DNA of 64,000 bases. It comes from a bacterium (GTDB taxonomy: Bacteria > Electryoneota > Electryoneia > Electryoneales > Electryoneaceae). How positions within the stretch are numbered: position 1 is the first letter of the stretch; every line of letters begins with the position of its first letter. Under the pieces are notes generated by a model, which saw only the letters and a list, made by a program, of their open reading frames with translations, made no database searches and was not told where the DNA came from. Positions 1 to 9,118 of this stretch are shown here, piece by piece. Both the position numbers and the translations under genes were made by a program. The stretch covers positions 1,632,001 to 1,696,000 of the forward strand of contig CAXXKJ010000002.1 in NCBI GenBank assembly GCA_963675295.2. The letters are read 5' to 3'.

Positions 1-2890
1 CTTTCCACCAGGCGAGGGACTGCAGGCCGTCGGCGGACTTCTTCGCGTTCAGGGTGGCTTTCGCGAGGTCGTCCAGTTTCATCCGGAAGCCGTGCCGGTT
101 ACTGATTTCCTCGAGCAGGTCGAGGTTGTTCATCGCGCGGAGGTCGTCCCCGGTGTACGCGGTGAGCACGGCATTGTCGAAGCGTTTGTTGTTGTAGCCG
201 ACGACCAGTTCGGCCTGTTGCAGGCGTTTGATCAGGGCTTCGGCGTCTTTTTCTTCGTAGACGAGGTACTTGCCGGTGTTGCGTTCGTAGATGACGCCGA
301 TCGCGAGCCGCATCAGGTGGATGTTCTGCCAGCCGCCGACTTCGGTGGCGGAGAGTTGCGTTTCGAGGTCAAAGACAACAATGTCGCGTCCTTCGCAGAA
401 CGGGATCAGGGATTCGTAGGGGTCATCCAGCGTACGTGGGCGCTGCTTGTTCATGCTGCCATCTCCAGCTTCACCGGTTGGGTCCGGTGTTGATTCTCCG
501 TTTGTCCCGCCGCGTGGTGGGATCGGATGTGTCTGCGCGGTGCCTTCGCTGCCGAACGCACCGGTGGCCAGGTTTTCGTCAGCTCGTAGCTCAGGGCCGC
601 CGGTCAAATGTTCCAGCAGCCGGACGGCTCCCTCTTTGTCGAGGGGCTGGTTGCCGTGCCCGCATTTGGGCGAATGGACGCAGCTTGGGCACCCGTCCTC
701 GCACGGGCAGTCACGGACCAGCTCGAGCACCCGTTGGAACAGCTCGTCGAGGACGTCGTACGCGCGGTTCGCGAGGCCGAGCCCGCCGGGGTGGCCGTCG
801 TAAAGGAACACTGCCGCGCCGCCGGTTCCCGGGTGACGGGTGAACGATATGCCGCCAAGATCGTTGCGATCGCACAGGGCGAACAACGGCATCAGCGCGA
901 GGGATGCGTGTTCGGAGGCGTGCAGCGATCCCATCGGATGGCGTTTTTCGTCCAGCAGGCCGGCGATGGCGGTTTGTGGCGGTTCGAACCACAGGCCAAC
1001 GGTTTCGTAGACGACTGGCGGCAGGTCGAGTTCGTGCTCGCTGATTTTCTCCCGGCTGGCGGTGGACCGGCGCTCGTAGCCGACGACACGTTCCGTCACC
1101 TTCAGTTTGCCCAACGATACCTTATAGCGGTCGGTCTCACGGGACTCGAAGACCTCGAGGATCTCGGTGTCCTTCTCCGAGCGGGCCTGGGTGTACCACG
1201 GGACATCTGTCTTCTGCGCGATGGCTTCCCGTTTGCCGAGGTCGAGGTGGGTGACGAGGTAGTCGTTCCCGTGGTGCAGGTACACCGCGCCGGGGTGGCA
1301 TTCGATCAGTGCCTGCCAACCGTTGACCTTGCCGATCAGGCGGCCGGTGCCGTCCTCGTGGATGCCGAAGGTTTCACCGCCGCCACGGATGTCGATGCCA
1401 CGTTGCGGCTGCTTCTCCTTCGCAAACCACACCTGCCCCTTGACCGCTTCCAGCAGGCGCTCGTCTGCGACCAGCTCGTCCACGTAGTCGCCGACGTCGT
1501 CCCGCCGGTAGATCGGATCGTTGGCACGGAGCGGCGTTTCCTGCGCCGCCGCGACGAGGTGCGCTTTCAGCAGGTACGGGTTCGCCGGATCGACCACCGC
1601 CGACTCCGCCGAGCGGGCGAAAAAGTCGCGCGGGTGACGCATCCAGTATTGGTCCAACGCGTCCGGCAACGCGAGCAGGAAGATCGCGCTGTCCCGGTTT
1701 TGCCGGCCCGCACGTCCGCCACGTTGCCACGTGCTCGCGATCGACCCGGGATAGCCAACCAGCACGGCGACGTCCAGCCCGCCGATGTCGATGCCCATCT
1801 CGAGGGCGGAAGTGGCGATGACGCCGTCCAGTTCGCCGGTCAGCAGCTTGTGTTCGATCTCGCGACGTTCCTTCGGCAGGTAGCCGGAACGGTACGCGCT
1901 GATGCGTCCGATCAGCTCCGGGTTGGACTGCAGCGTCCAGTTGTGGATCAGTTCCGTCATCCGCCGCGCCTTGGTGAAGACGATCGTCTTTAACCCGGCG
2001 GCGGTGGTATCGGCGAGTAGTTTGACGGCGGAGGTGTAGAGGCTGCCCATCGGGTTGACGAACAGGACATGCCGTGACGCCTGCGGGGCGCCGTTGCTGT
2101 CGACCACCGCGAACGGTTCTCCGACCAGCGTTTCCGCAAGTTCGCCGGGATTGGCGATGGTCGCGGAGGCAGCGATGAACTGCGGCCGGGTGCGGTGGAA
2201 GATGCAGACGCGGCGCAAACGGCGGATGACCTGCAGCACATGCGAGCCGAACACGCCCTTGTAGTTGTGGAGTTCATCCACGACGACGTAACGCAGGTTC
2301 TCGAACAGCCCTTCCCACTGGGTGTGAAATGGCAGCAGGCCGTGGTTGATCATGTCCGGGTTGGTCAGCAAGAGGTTTGGCGGGTTCTTGCGGATCTTGG
2401 CGCGGCGGGACTGCGGCGTGTCGCCGTCATAGATATCGACGCTGACCTGCCCGATCAGCCCGGCATCCTGGATCAACGCCTGAATCTTCTTCAGCTGGTC
2501 CTGCGCCAGCGCCTTGATCGGAAACAGCAGCAACGCACGGGTCTGCGGTTCGGCGATGATGCGTTCGAAGATCGGCAACAGGTAATTCAGCGTCTTGCCT
2601 GACGCGGTCGGGGTGACGGTGACGACGTTCTTGCCGTCGCGCGCGTGCTGAATCCCCTCGACCTGGTGGCTGTACAAACGCTCGATATTCATCGCGCGCA
2701 GTGCGTGCCGTAACGGTTCCGGCAGGGTCGGATTCAACGCACGGGTGATGGCGGCGTGCCCCTCCAGCACCTCGTGGTGGACGATGTCCCGGCCGGTCTT
2801 GTCGTCGTGGATCAGGCGGTCGAGGAACGTCCGGAGGTCGGTGGGATCCAGTTCGACAAAGGGGCGTTTTCGTGATCGGTGCGAGTGCAT
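1..2890 (-). CDS. DEAD/DEAH helicase (MrfA/YprA/Hrq1-like, DUF1998 Cys cluster) fused to a C-terminal RNase H-like (YprB/MrfB-type) exonuclease; 3' end runs off the window
   Basis: Manual translation from ATG 2890: TPTASGKT (Walker A), VVVDELH (motif II), CPCEDGCPSCVHSPKCGHGNQPLDK (~630-700), and in the same frame VVFDLETQ...VVGYNNKRFD (~180-380). Absent from the ORF track, consistent with no stop inside the window. Confidence 0.88.
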   Translation of the reverse strand, partial: MHSHRSRKRPFVELDPTDLRTFLDRLIHDDKTGRDIVHHEVLEGHAAITRALNPTLPEPLRHALRAMNIERLYSHQVEGIQHARDGKNVVTVTPTASGKTLNYLLPIFERIIAEPQTRALLLFPIKALAQDQLKKIQALIQDAGLIGQVSVDIYDGDTPQSRRAKIRKNPPNLLLTNPDMINHGLLPFHTQWEGLFENLRYVVVDELHNYKGVFGSHVLQVIRRLRRVCIFHRTRPQFIAASATIANPGELAETLVGEPFAVVDSNGAPQASRHVLFVNPMGSLYTSAVKLLADTTAAGLKTIVFTKARRMTELIHNWTLQSNPELIGRISAYRSGYLPKERREIEHKLLTGELDGVIATSALEMGIDIGGLDVAVLVGYPGSIASTWQRGGRAGRQNRDSAIFLLALPDALDQYWMRHPRDFFARSAESAVVDPANPYLLKAHLVAAAQETPLRANDPIYRRDDVGDYVDELVADERLLEAVKGQVWFAKEKQPQRGIDIRGGGETFGIHEDGTGRLIGKVNGWQALIECHPGAVYLHHGNDYLVTHLDLGKREAIAQKTDVPWYTQARSEKDTEILEVFESRETDRYKVSLGKLKVTERVVGYERRSTASREKISEHELDLPPVVYETVGLWFEPPQTAIAGLLDEKRHPMGSLHASEHASLALMPLFALCDRNDLGGISFTRHPGTGGAAVFLYDGHPGGLGLANRAYDVLDELFQRVLELVRDCPCEDGCPSCVHSPKCGHGNQPLDKEGAVRLLEHLTGGPELRADENLATGAFGSEGTAQTHPIPPRGGTNGESTPDPTGEAGDGSMNKQRPRTLDDPYESLIPFCEGRDIVVFDLETQLSATEVGGWQNIHLMRLAIGVIYERNTGKYLVYEEKDAEALIKRLQQAELVVGYNNKRFDNAVLTAYTGDDLRAMNNLDLLEEISNRHGFRMKLDDLAKATLNAKKSADGLQSLAWWK

Positions 2891-3065
2891 GGCCAGAAAG
2901 TACACATCAGTTCAGGCAGATGCGAATGGGAAGTTCGGGAGAGCGTCAAGAAACGGTTGAGGAAAATGTGTAAGTCGGCCTAACAACTTGACAGGACAGA
3001 GATTGGAAGTGTGGCAGGCACAGAAAATGCGGGGTTTCAGCGCTACGTACTTCGCAGTGACGGTA

Positions 3066-3743
3066 TCACTTGCGCAAATAAGAAGGGATCTTGTGACGGG
3101 TGTAGAGTAGCGCCTCACGGATGTCATCCCACCACGTCGAGACGACTCCCTTTTGCAGCGCGCGGTCGGGCGCGATGTAGACATGCTCGCGCAGGGTACG
3201 GGAAACCCCACGGCGGCGCATGTTGCTGATCAAGTAGAAATCCTCACACTCGTGCCAGTACGGCAGACCGCCGAGGGCGACCAGATCATCGCGGCGGACG
3301 GTGACCGCCTGAATGCCGGTGGGATGGCCGAGGAAGATCGCGCGGAAGTTGAACCACGCCGCGAGTAGAGCGAGCTCGGGACGGTTGGATTGGAAACCAA
3401 CCCGGAACGAAGTCAAACTGACGGCTTCGTTGCGGAAGGTTTTGCGGAGTACCTTGCCGGCGTTTGAGGGTAGCACGGTATCCGGTCGCAGGAAACAGAC
3501 GAGGTCGGTGGTGGTGGCTTTCCAGCCGTCGTCGAGCTGACGGCCACGAATAGCTTCTGACTTGAGGACCCGGGCGCCAAAATCGCGGGCGACCTTTCGG
3601 GTGTTGTCACTGCTGCCGCCATCCACGACGATCACTTCGTCAAACCCGCACTCGTTGAGCGCACGGTGGATTGTCCTCCCAAGAACGCGTTCATCGTTCC
3701 CGGTGGCGATGACAGCAGTCAACGTGATGGGGGCATCAGACAA
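3066..3743 (-). CDS. Glycosyltransferase family 2 (TIGR04283-like)
   Basis: EVIVVDGGSSDNT, RGRQLDDG, FLRPDT motifs. Confidence 0.8.
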   Translation of the reverse strand: MSDAPITLTAVIATGNDERVLGRTIHRALNECGFDEVIVVDGGSSDNTRKVARDFGARVLKSEAIRGRQLDDGWKATTTDLVCFLRPDTVLPSNAGKVLRKTFRNEAVSLTSFRVGFQSNRPELALLAAWFNFRAIFLGHPTGIQAVTVRRDDLVALGGLPYWHECEDFYLISNMRRRGVSRTLREHVYIAPDRALQKGVVSTWWDDIREALLYTRHKIPSYLRK

Positions 3744-3773
3744 CGGAAATCCCTTTCCCTGCCCTGTGATGGT

Positions 3774-4445
3774 TTACCACAACCCAGCCGCTAAAGCGCG
3801 TTCCCTCAACGCGCGATACACTCGAATATTCAGGTCTGCCCCTGTGATCCCGGTGTGTAGCAACGGGTCGTGTGGTTCGTCTTCAATCCCCAACTCAGCT
3901 GCGAGGTTCGTTCCAGACAGGCCTCGCATTCCAACAGCCCACGCCATGGAAGGTACATCCATAACATAATAAAAATACAAACTTCGTATCGAACTCTCAT
4001 GCGCTGAAAATGTTGCCTCCAAGAAGGACGCATCAAACCAGCTGTTGAACGCAATCAGGATGACTTGCTGAGTATCCTTGACGATATCATTGTGGAAGGA
4101 TGTAATTCTGTGAACAAGATCAGCCGAGGAGATTGTTTCCAGCGTCTCCCACCGTTCAACGGAAAACCCGTTGACAGAGGCAGCTTCCGGCGATGTTCGT
4201 TCAGGATATTTGGGCATCACCCGTTCGAACAGGCGTCCGAGTTCACGTCCCTCGAGATCCGAATAGATCAATCCGATGTCAATGATCTCGTGGTAGCCTG
4301 GTGTCAGTCCGGTAGTCTCAACGTCAACAAATGCCAGCAGCCAATTCTCCGGATCTTCGGGCGGCCAGCGGAGTTCCTGACTTAATCCCAAATCTGCGAA
4401 GCTAACTGCACAAAGAAAGATAAGAAATAGACGGCGGATCACCAA
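3774..4445 (-). CDS. DEDD/DnaQ-like 3'-5' exonuclease with predicted N-terminal signal peptide
   Basis: ExoI FVDVETTGL, ExoII FNSWFD, ExoIII-like HTGITGAD; N-terminus RRLFLIFLCAVSFA. Confidence 0.8.
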   Translation of the reverse strand: MVIRRLFLIFLCAVSFADLGLSQELRWPPEDPENWLLAFVDVETTGLTPGYHEIIDIGLIYSDLEGRELGRLFERVMPKYPERTSPEAASVNGFSVERWETLETISSADLVHRITSFHNDIVKDTQQVILIAFNSWFDASFLEATFSAHESSIRSLYFYYVMDVPSMAWAVGMRGLSGTNLAAELGIEDEPHDPLLHTGITGADLNIRVYRALRERALAAGLW

Positions 4446-4493
4446 ATCCCTCTTCTTGTTACCGCAGTCAGAATTAGCCGCACTTCGCGCGTG

Positions 4494-5621
4494 CTAACGA
4501 TCCATGGGATTGCTGATGATTTGTGAGGTTTCTGCCAACCACGAGTTGAAAGTACCCTCACGAATCTCGGTTCGTGCACGCTCCAGGAGGCGGTAGTAGA
4601 AGGTCAGATTGTGCGCGGTGGCCAGCTTCATTGCGAGCAGTTCTCCGGCGATGAACAAGTGCCTCAGGTAGGCACGCGAATACTGCGAACACAACGGGCA
4701 CGGGCAGCCGTCTTCCACCGGGCGCGGGTCCGCCGCCCATTGGGCGTTGCGCAGGTTCATCCGTCCGTGGAACGTGTACAGGCTGGCGCGGCGCCCGTTG
4801 CGTGTCGGCACGACACAGTCGAACAGGTCAACGCCACGGGAGATGGCGTCCAGCAGATCGTCCGGAGTACCGACACCCATAGCGTAACGTGGACGGTCAT
4901 CTGGCAGGATCGCCGTGGTCCAGTCGATCGCTTCCTGCGTTTTGCCGGTTTCCTCACCCACAGCGAGCCCGCCGATGGCGTAAATGGGGTGGTTCAGCCC
5001 GGCGTATCGCTCAGCTTCCCGTTTGCGCAGATCCTCGAAGAACGAACCTTGCACAATCGGAACGAGTGTTTGTTCGTGACCGTACAGCGGTTCGGTGGCG
5101 GCGAAACGGTCCAGTGCGCGTTGCAACCAACGCCAGGTGCGTTCGGCGGCGTGATCGGCCTGTTCATGGGTTACCGGCCAGCCGACCAGTTCATCCAGCG
5201 GCATCGCGAAGTCAGGTCCGATCGAACGTTGAATATCGACGACGGTTTCCGGCGTGAACAGGTGCGGAGACCCGTCGATGTGCGAACGGAACTCGACGCC
5301 GTCCTCGTTAATCGTGCGGATCTGGGCGAGGGACAACACCTGGAAGCCGCCGGAGTCGACGAGGATCGGTTTGTCCCATGCCATGAACTTGTGCAGGCCG
5401 CCCATTTCCTCGAGCACCGCAGTGCCGGGGCGGAGGTAGAGGTGGTAGGCGTTCGAGAGGCAGATTTGTGCGCCGTAGCCGGCCAGTTCACGCGCTTCGA
5501 TGCCTTTGACGGTCCCGACGGTCCCGACGGCCATGAAGGCGGGCGTCTCGATGCTGCCGTGATCGGTGGTCAGGGTGCCGGTTCGGGCACGGTCGTCGCG
5601 ATGCTTGAGTTCGAACGTCAT
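4494..5621 (-). CDS. tgt: tRNA-guanine transglycosylase
   Basis: NAYHLYLRPG, DSGGFQV, DLFDCVVPTRNGR, Zn site CPCPLC...H. Confidence 0.97.
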   Translation of the reverse strand: MTFELKHRDDRARTGTLTTDHGSIETPAFMAVGTVGTVKGIEARELAGYGAQICLSNAYHLYLRPGTAVLEEMGGLHKFMAWDKPILVDSGGFQVLSLAQIRTINEDGVEFRSHIDGSPHLFTPETVVDIQRSIGPDFAMPLDELVGWPVTHEQADHAAERTWRWLQRALDRFAATEPLYGHEQTLVPIVQGSFFEDLRKREAERYAGLNHPIYAIGGLAVGEETGKTQEAIDWTTAILPDDRPRYAMGVGTPDDLLDAISRGVDLFDCVVPTRNGRRASLYTFHGRMNLRNAQWAADPRPVEDGCPCPLCSQYSRAYLRHLFIAGELLAMKLATAHNLTFYYRLLERARTEIREGTFNSWLAETSQIISNPMDR

Positions 5622-5676
5622 GGTTGCCGGAACGTCCCGTTGTGCGTTGATGAAAGCCTCAGAATCCCGCCGCTAA

Positions 5677-6648
5677 TCATACCCACCGCATCCGCCGGAA
5701 GAGGATCCATTCGATGATCGCGATGAACACGAGGAAGATGCAGACCAGCGCGAAGGCGTACGGGTTCTCGGTGCCCGGGATGCCGCCGACGTTAATCCCC
5801 AGCAGCCCGGTCAGCAACCCGAGCGGGAGGAAGATCGCGGCGACAATCGAAAGCATGTACATCGTCTTGTTCATCTGCGTGCCCAGCCGATTTTCAAGTT
5901 CGTCCTGGGCAACAGCTGCGCGGTCACGGGCGGAGTCAAGGTCTTCGACGTAGCGTGTGATGTGATCGGCGACTTCACGGATGCGCATCCGGTCGAGGTC
6001 TGTAAGCCAACTGACCTTGGCCGATTGCATCTGTGTCAACGCCTCCCGTTGTGGTGACAGGTAGCGTCGCATGCGGATCACCTGGCGACGGATGTTGCTG
6101 AGTTCGGTGCGCAGGCTGCTGGATTTTGCATCGAGGATCGCGTCCTCCAGTTCATCCACGGCGTCGTCGAGTTCGGCGAGTACGTCCGCCATCCGTTCCG
6201 CCAGCCGGTCGGCGAGGTCAACGATGAATTCGCCGGGGCTGGAGGGACCGTCTCCCTTGCGCAACGCCTGTCGAAGATCATCGGCCGCCATGATACGTTT
6301 GCGGCGCACGGTGATGATGCGTTCCGGTTCAAGCCAGACACGCACGGTGATCATCTGCTCCGGATCATCGCCGGGATTGAGATTGACACCGCGCAGGATG
6401 ACCAGCATCCCATCCCCATGAGAGAATGTACGTGGGCGGGTGTCGTCGGCGAGCAGGGCTTCGACGACCAGCGGATCAAGGCCGCTCTCCTCTTCAAACC
6501 AGTCGTCGGTTTCGTCCGCTTCGAGGAAAAAGTGCAGCCAGGTAAGGCCGTCCTGGGCTGTGAGTTTGTCGGCATTGCTACCGGTGACATCCTCACCGCC
6601 ACCCTGCCGGTCAAGGATAAAAGCGGAAACGAGGGCCGGTTCATCCAT
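5677..6648 (-). CDS. zntB: CorA/ZntB-family zinc transporter
   Basis: ILRGVNLNPG, GLLGINVGGIPG (GIN signature), two C-terminal TM helices; start moved to ATG 6648 after AGGAG. Confidence 0.88.
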   Translation of the reverse strand: MDEPALVSAFILDRQGGGEDVTGSNADKLTAQDGLTWLHFFLEADETDDWFEEESGLDPLVVEALLADDTRPRTFSHGDGMLVILRGVNLNPGDDPEQMITVRVWLEPERIITVRRKRIMAADDLRQALRKGDGPSSPGEFIVDLADRLAERMADVLAELDDAVDELEDAILDAKSSSLRTELSNIRRQVIRMRRYLSPQREALTQMQSAKVSWLTDLDRMRIREVADHITRYVEDLDSARDRAAVAQDELENRLGTQMNKTMYMLSIVAAIFLPLGLLTGLLGINVGGIPGTENPYAFALVCIFLVFIAIIEWILFRRMRWV

Positions 6649-6917
6649 GACGGTCTCCTTTCGGCGTGCCTGAAGTGACAGGAGCAAGATAAGGTACCAG
6701 CAAGAAGCGTGGGCAAGCAGAAATCGAACAGGGAAGGGACCGACGGGGATGCACAACGGTTCGCACTTACCGTACTACTATGGTCCTTGTGAGTTACCAA
6801 TAGTTCTTATTCGGATCAAGAAAATGCCCCTGCAACCGCCGCAGGCGATAGCAGGGGATACTGTCCGTTCTGTGCCCCTGATGGCTAAGCCAGCAGGGAT
6901 GGTTGACGGGGTACGAT

Positions 6918-8822
6918 CTACCTGACGAGCATCACCTTCCGAACCTGGTCCATCTGTCCGGGAACGGTTGCGCGGACGAAATACAGCCCGCTGGCGAGAT
7001 GAGACGCGTTGAACACGAGCTCGTGAATCCCTGCCGAAACCTGTCCCTGGTTGATCAAGGCGACCTGTTGTCCCATGACGTTGTACACCGCAACGGTCAG
7101 CTCGGCGGCATCGGGTACTTGAACGGTGAGGGTCGCCATCGCGTTGAACGGGTTCGGCGTCACGGGCATCAGGCGGAAGTCCGCCGGGAAAGTCGCATCC
7201 GCTGGTTCCGAACCGTGGAAGTCGCCGGTAAGAACCCAGCCCGACTGCGGCATCTCGTTCAGATACGGCGGCGCTTCGTCTTCCTCGATGGTGAAGGTGA
7301 GGTGGGCGATCACGTCTGCGTGGAACGGGTAGTCGCCGAGCAGAACGGAGTATTCGTAACGCCCCGGCGGGATCGGGCTGGGAACAGTCTGCTGCACATC
7401 CAGTTCGGTCACACCTTCCGCGAACGTCACGTTCTGATAGCCATCAATGGTGGCGGAGTAACGGTTCTCCAGATCCCTGACCTGCACCCAGACATCGTAT
7501 TGTGTCGCGGGGCCGTGATTCAGCAACTCGAAAACGAACGGGAAGCTGCCACCCGTGGTGGAGAAGGTCAGATACCCCGGCGGGAGTAACGTCAGCTCCT
7601 TCGTTCCAGCCACATCACCGCCCAGCGAAGCGATGAACTGCTTGTGCTTGTACCCGTACGCATCGCTTCCCCGAGGTGACAGATCGCCCGAGGTCAGAAC
7701 GATACCATCCGCAGTCGCGACACTCACGCCATCTTCGAGGTCGTCCATCGCGTTGTTGGTTCCAACCAACCGTTGCCAGAGGATGTTGAGGTTTGTGTCC
7801 AGCATCATCACATGCAATTTCCTGCACAGGAAATCATCCTGCTCCCACGAGCCGGTGACCAGGATGTTGCTGTTGGGAAGCTGCTTCACCTCATGGAATT
7901 CATAGTCGTAGTCTTCGGCATCCCCCAGCGGAATCTCGATGACTTGTTGCACGCCCGGGCTGTCGGTGCTCAACACGGCAACTTCGACTCCGGGTGGAAT
8001 GCTGCCCATGAAATTGCGGGAGGTGAACCACAGCCAGCGACCGTCCGGAGTGACAATGCTACATTCCTCGGAAACAACATCATCCCAGGTCGGCCCGGTG
8101 TCGTAGATGAAGTGTCCCGACCACAACTGATTACCATTGGCGTCATACCGGGCGGTGAAGAGGCGTTCCACAGTCGGATACCAGCTCTTGTGGAAGCTGA
8201 CGACGTAGAAGCCCCCATCCGGTGCTTGCACAACGGACAGTGGATACGTGCGGGTGTAGCCCTGACCCGTCCGATGGCTCCAGATCGGGACGTACTCACC
8301 GTCCACAGGATGCGGATCTACTTTTGCGATCACCAGGTCCTCGTCACCGGCCAGCGTTTCCGCACTGCTGACTAGTACCACGAGGTATCCGTCAACGGTC
8401 ACCAGCATGTCGCCTGCCCGGTCATCCTGTCCCAGGTAGAGCGGACATACATCATCCATCCAGATGAACTCCGACATGTCGACCAGACCAATCATGGCAT
8501 GCGGGCGAGGCGCCTCTGAGTTTGACCAGTCATAGCCCAGGACCCACGCGCCATAATCTGGTCCTGCAACCAAGTCTGTCCATGTGATACGATCTGCATT
8601 AAGAGCCGTATAGTGCATATCATTCTTCCAATCCTCCACCGACAGGGTTCGGATCACACTGTGGTCTGTCAACGTGAGGATACTTCCATCCGGCACGATT
8701 TCCATGTCGATCGGACGATCATAGCCGAAGATGCCCGTTTCCAGGATCTGCGGTTGTGCGTTTGCGGAAAGTGGGAACAGCAGAAGCGAAAGAAGCAGAA
8801 TAGACAGCAGCGAGCGTAACAT
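6918..8822 (-). CDS. Secreted beta-propeller-like protein with T9SS type A sorting domain
   Basis: Signal peptide (ANA-Q); tail PNPFN...ASGLYFVRATVPGQMDQVRKVMLVR. Confidence 0.85.
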   Translation of the reverse strand: MLRSLLSILLLSLLLFPLSANAQPQILETGIFGYDRPIDMEIVPDGSILTLTDHSVIRTLSVEDWKNDMHYTALNADRITWTDLVAGPDYGAWVLGYDWSNSEAPRPHAMIGLVDMSEFIWMDDVCPLYLGQDDRAGDMLVTVDGYLVVLVSSAETLAGDEDLVIAKVDPHPVDGEYVPIWSHRTGQGYTRTYPLSVVQAPDGGFYVVSFHKSWYPTVERLFTARYDANGNQLWSGHFIYDTGPTWDDVVSEECSIVTPDGRWLWFTSRNFMGSIPPGVEVAVLSTDSPGVQQVIEIPLGDAEDYDYEFHEVKQLPNSNILVTGSWEQDDFLCRKLHVMMLDTNLNILWQRLVGTNNAMDDLEDGVSVATADGIVLTSGDLSPRGSDAYGYKHKQFIASLGGDVAGTKELTLLPPGYLTFSTTGGSFPFVFELLNHGPATQYDVWVQVRDLENRYSATIDGYQNVTFAEGVTELDVQQTVPSPIPPGRYEYSVLLGDYPFHADVIAHLTFTIEEDEAPPYLNEMPQSGWVLTGDFHGSEPADATFPADFRLMPVTPNPFNAMATLTVQVPDAAELTVAVYNVMGQQVALINQGQVSAGIHELVFNASHLASGLYFVRATVPGQMDQVRKVMLVR

Positions 8823-9059
8823 GGTTCAGTCCTCCCCCCGATGTGAACCGTCCTGAGCAATCTGTCCTCAGATTGCCCGTGAAAATCGTCCAGGCGCGCT
8901 GGAACGTACCACAGTCACTCACAATGCCAAGGTATGTGTTGCCAGCGAGCGGTGGGCATGCCAACTGAAAATCTCTTTAAAAATCCAGCCGGTAGAATGT
9001 GTTAGGAGAGCTGTACTTTTTCGCGAAGTGAGCCGGTGCAGCCGGATTCCGAACAAACA

Positions 9060-9089
9060 ACAGCCACGCTGGGCTTGCCGCGTGGCTGT
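9060..9089 (-). terminator. Hairpin, probable terminator
   Basis: ACAGCCACGC / GCGTGGCTGT perfect 10-bp stem, T-rich tail on the minus strand, just after the stop at 9119. Confidence 0.6.
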
Positions 9090-9118
9090 CAAATGTCAGG
9101 TCAATACGTACCTGCTGG

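Noticed and set aside
608-1993. 461-aa plus-strand ORF
   Set aside because: Antisense shadow of the helicase; no motifs, expected with GC-rich codon bias
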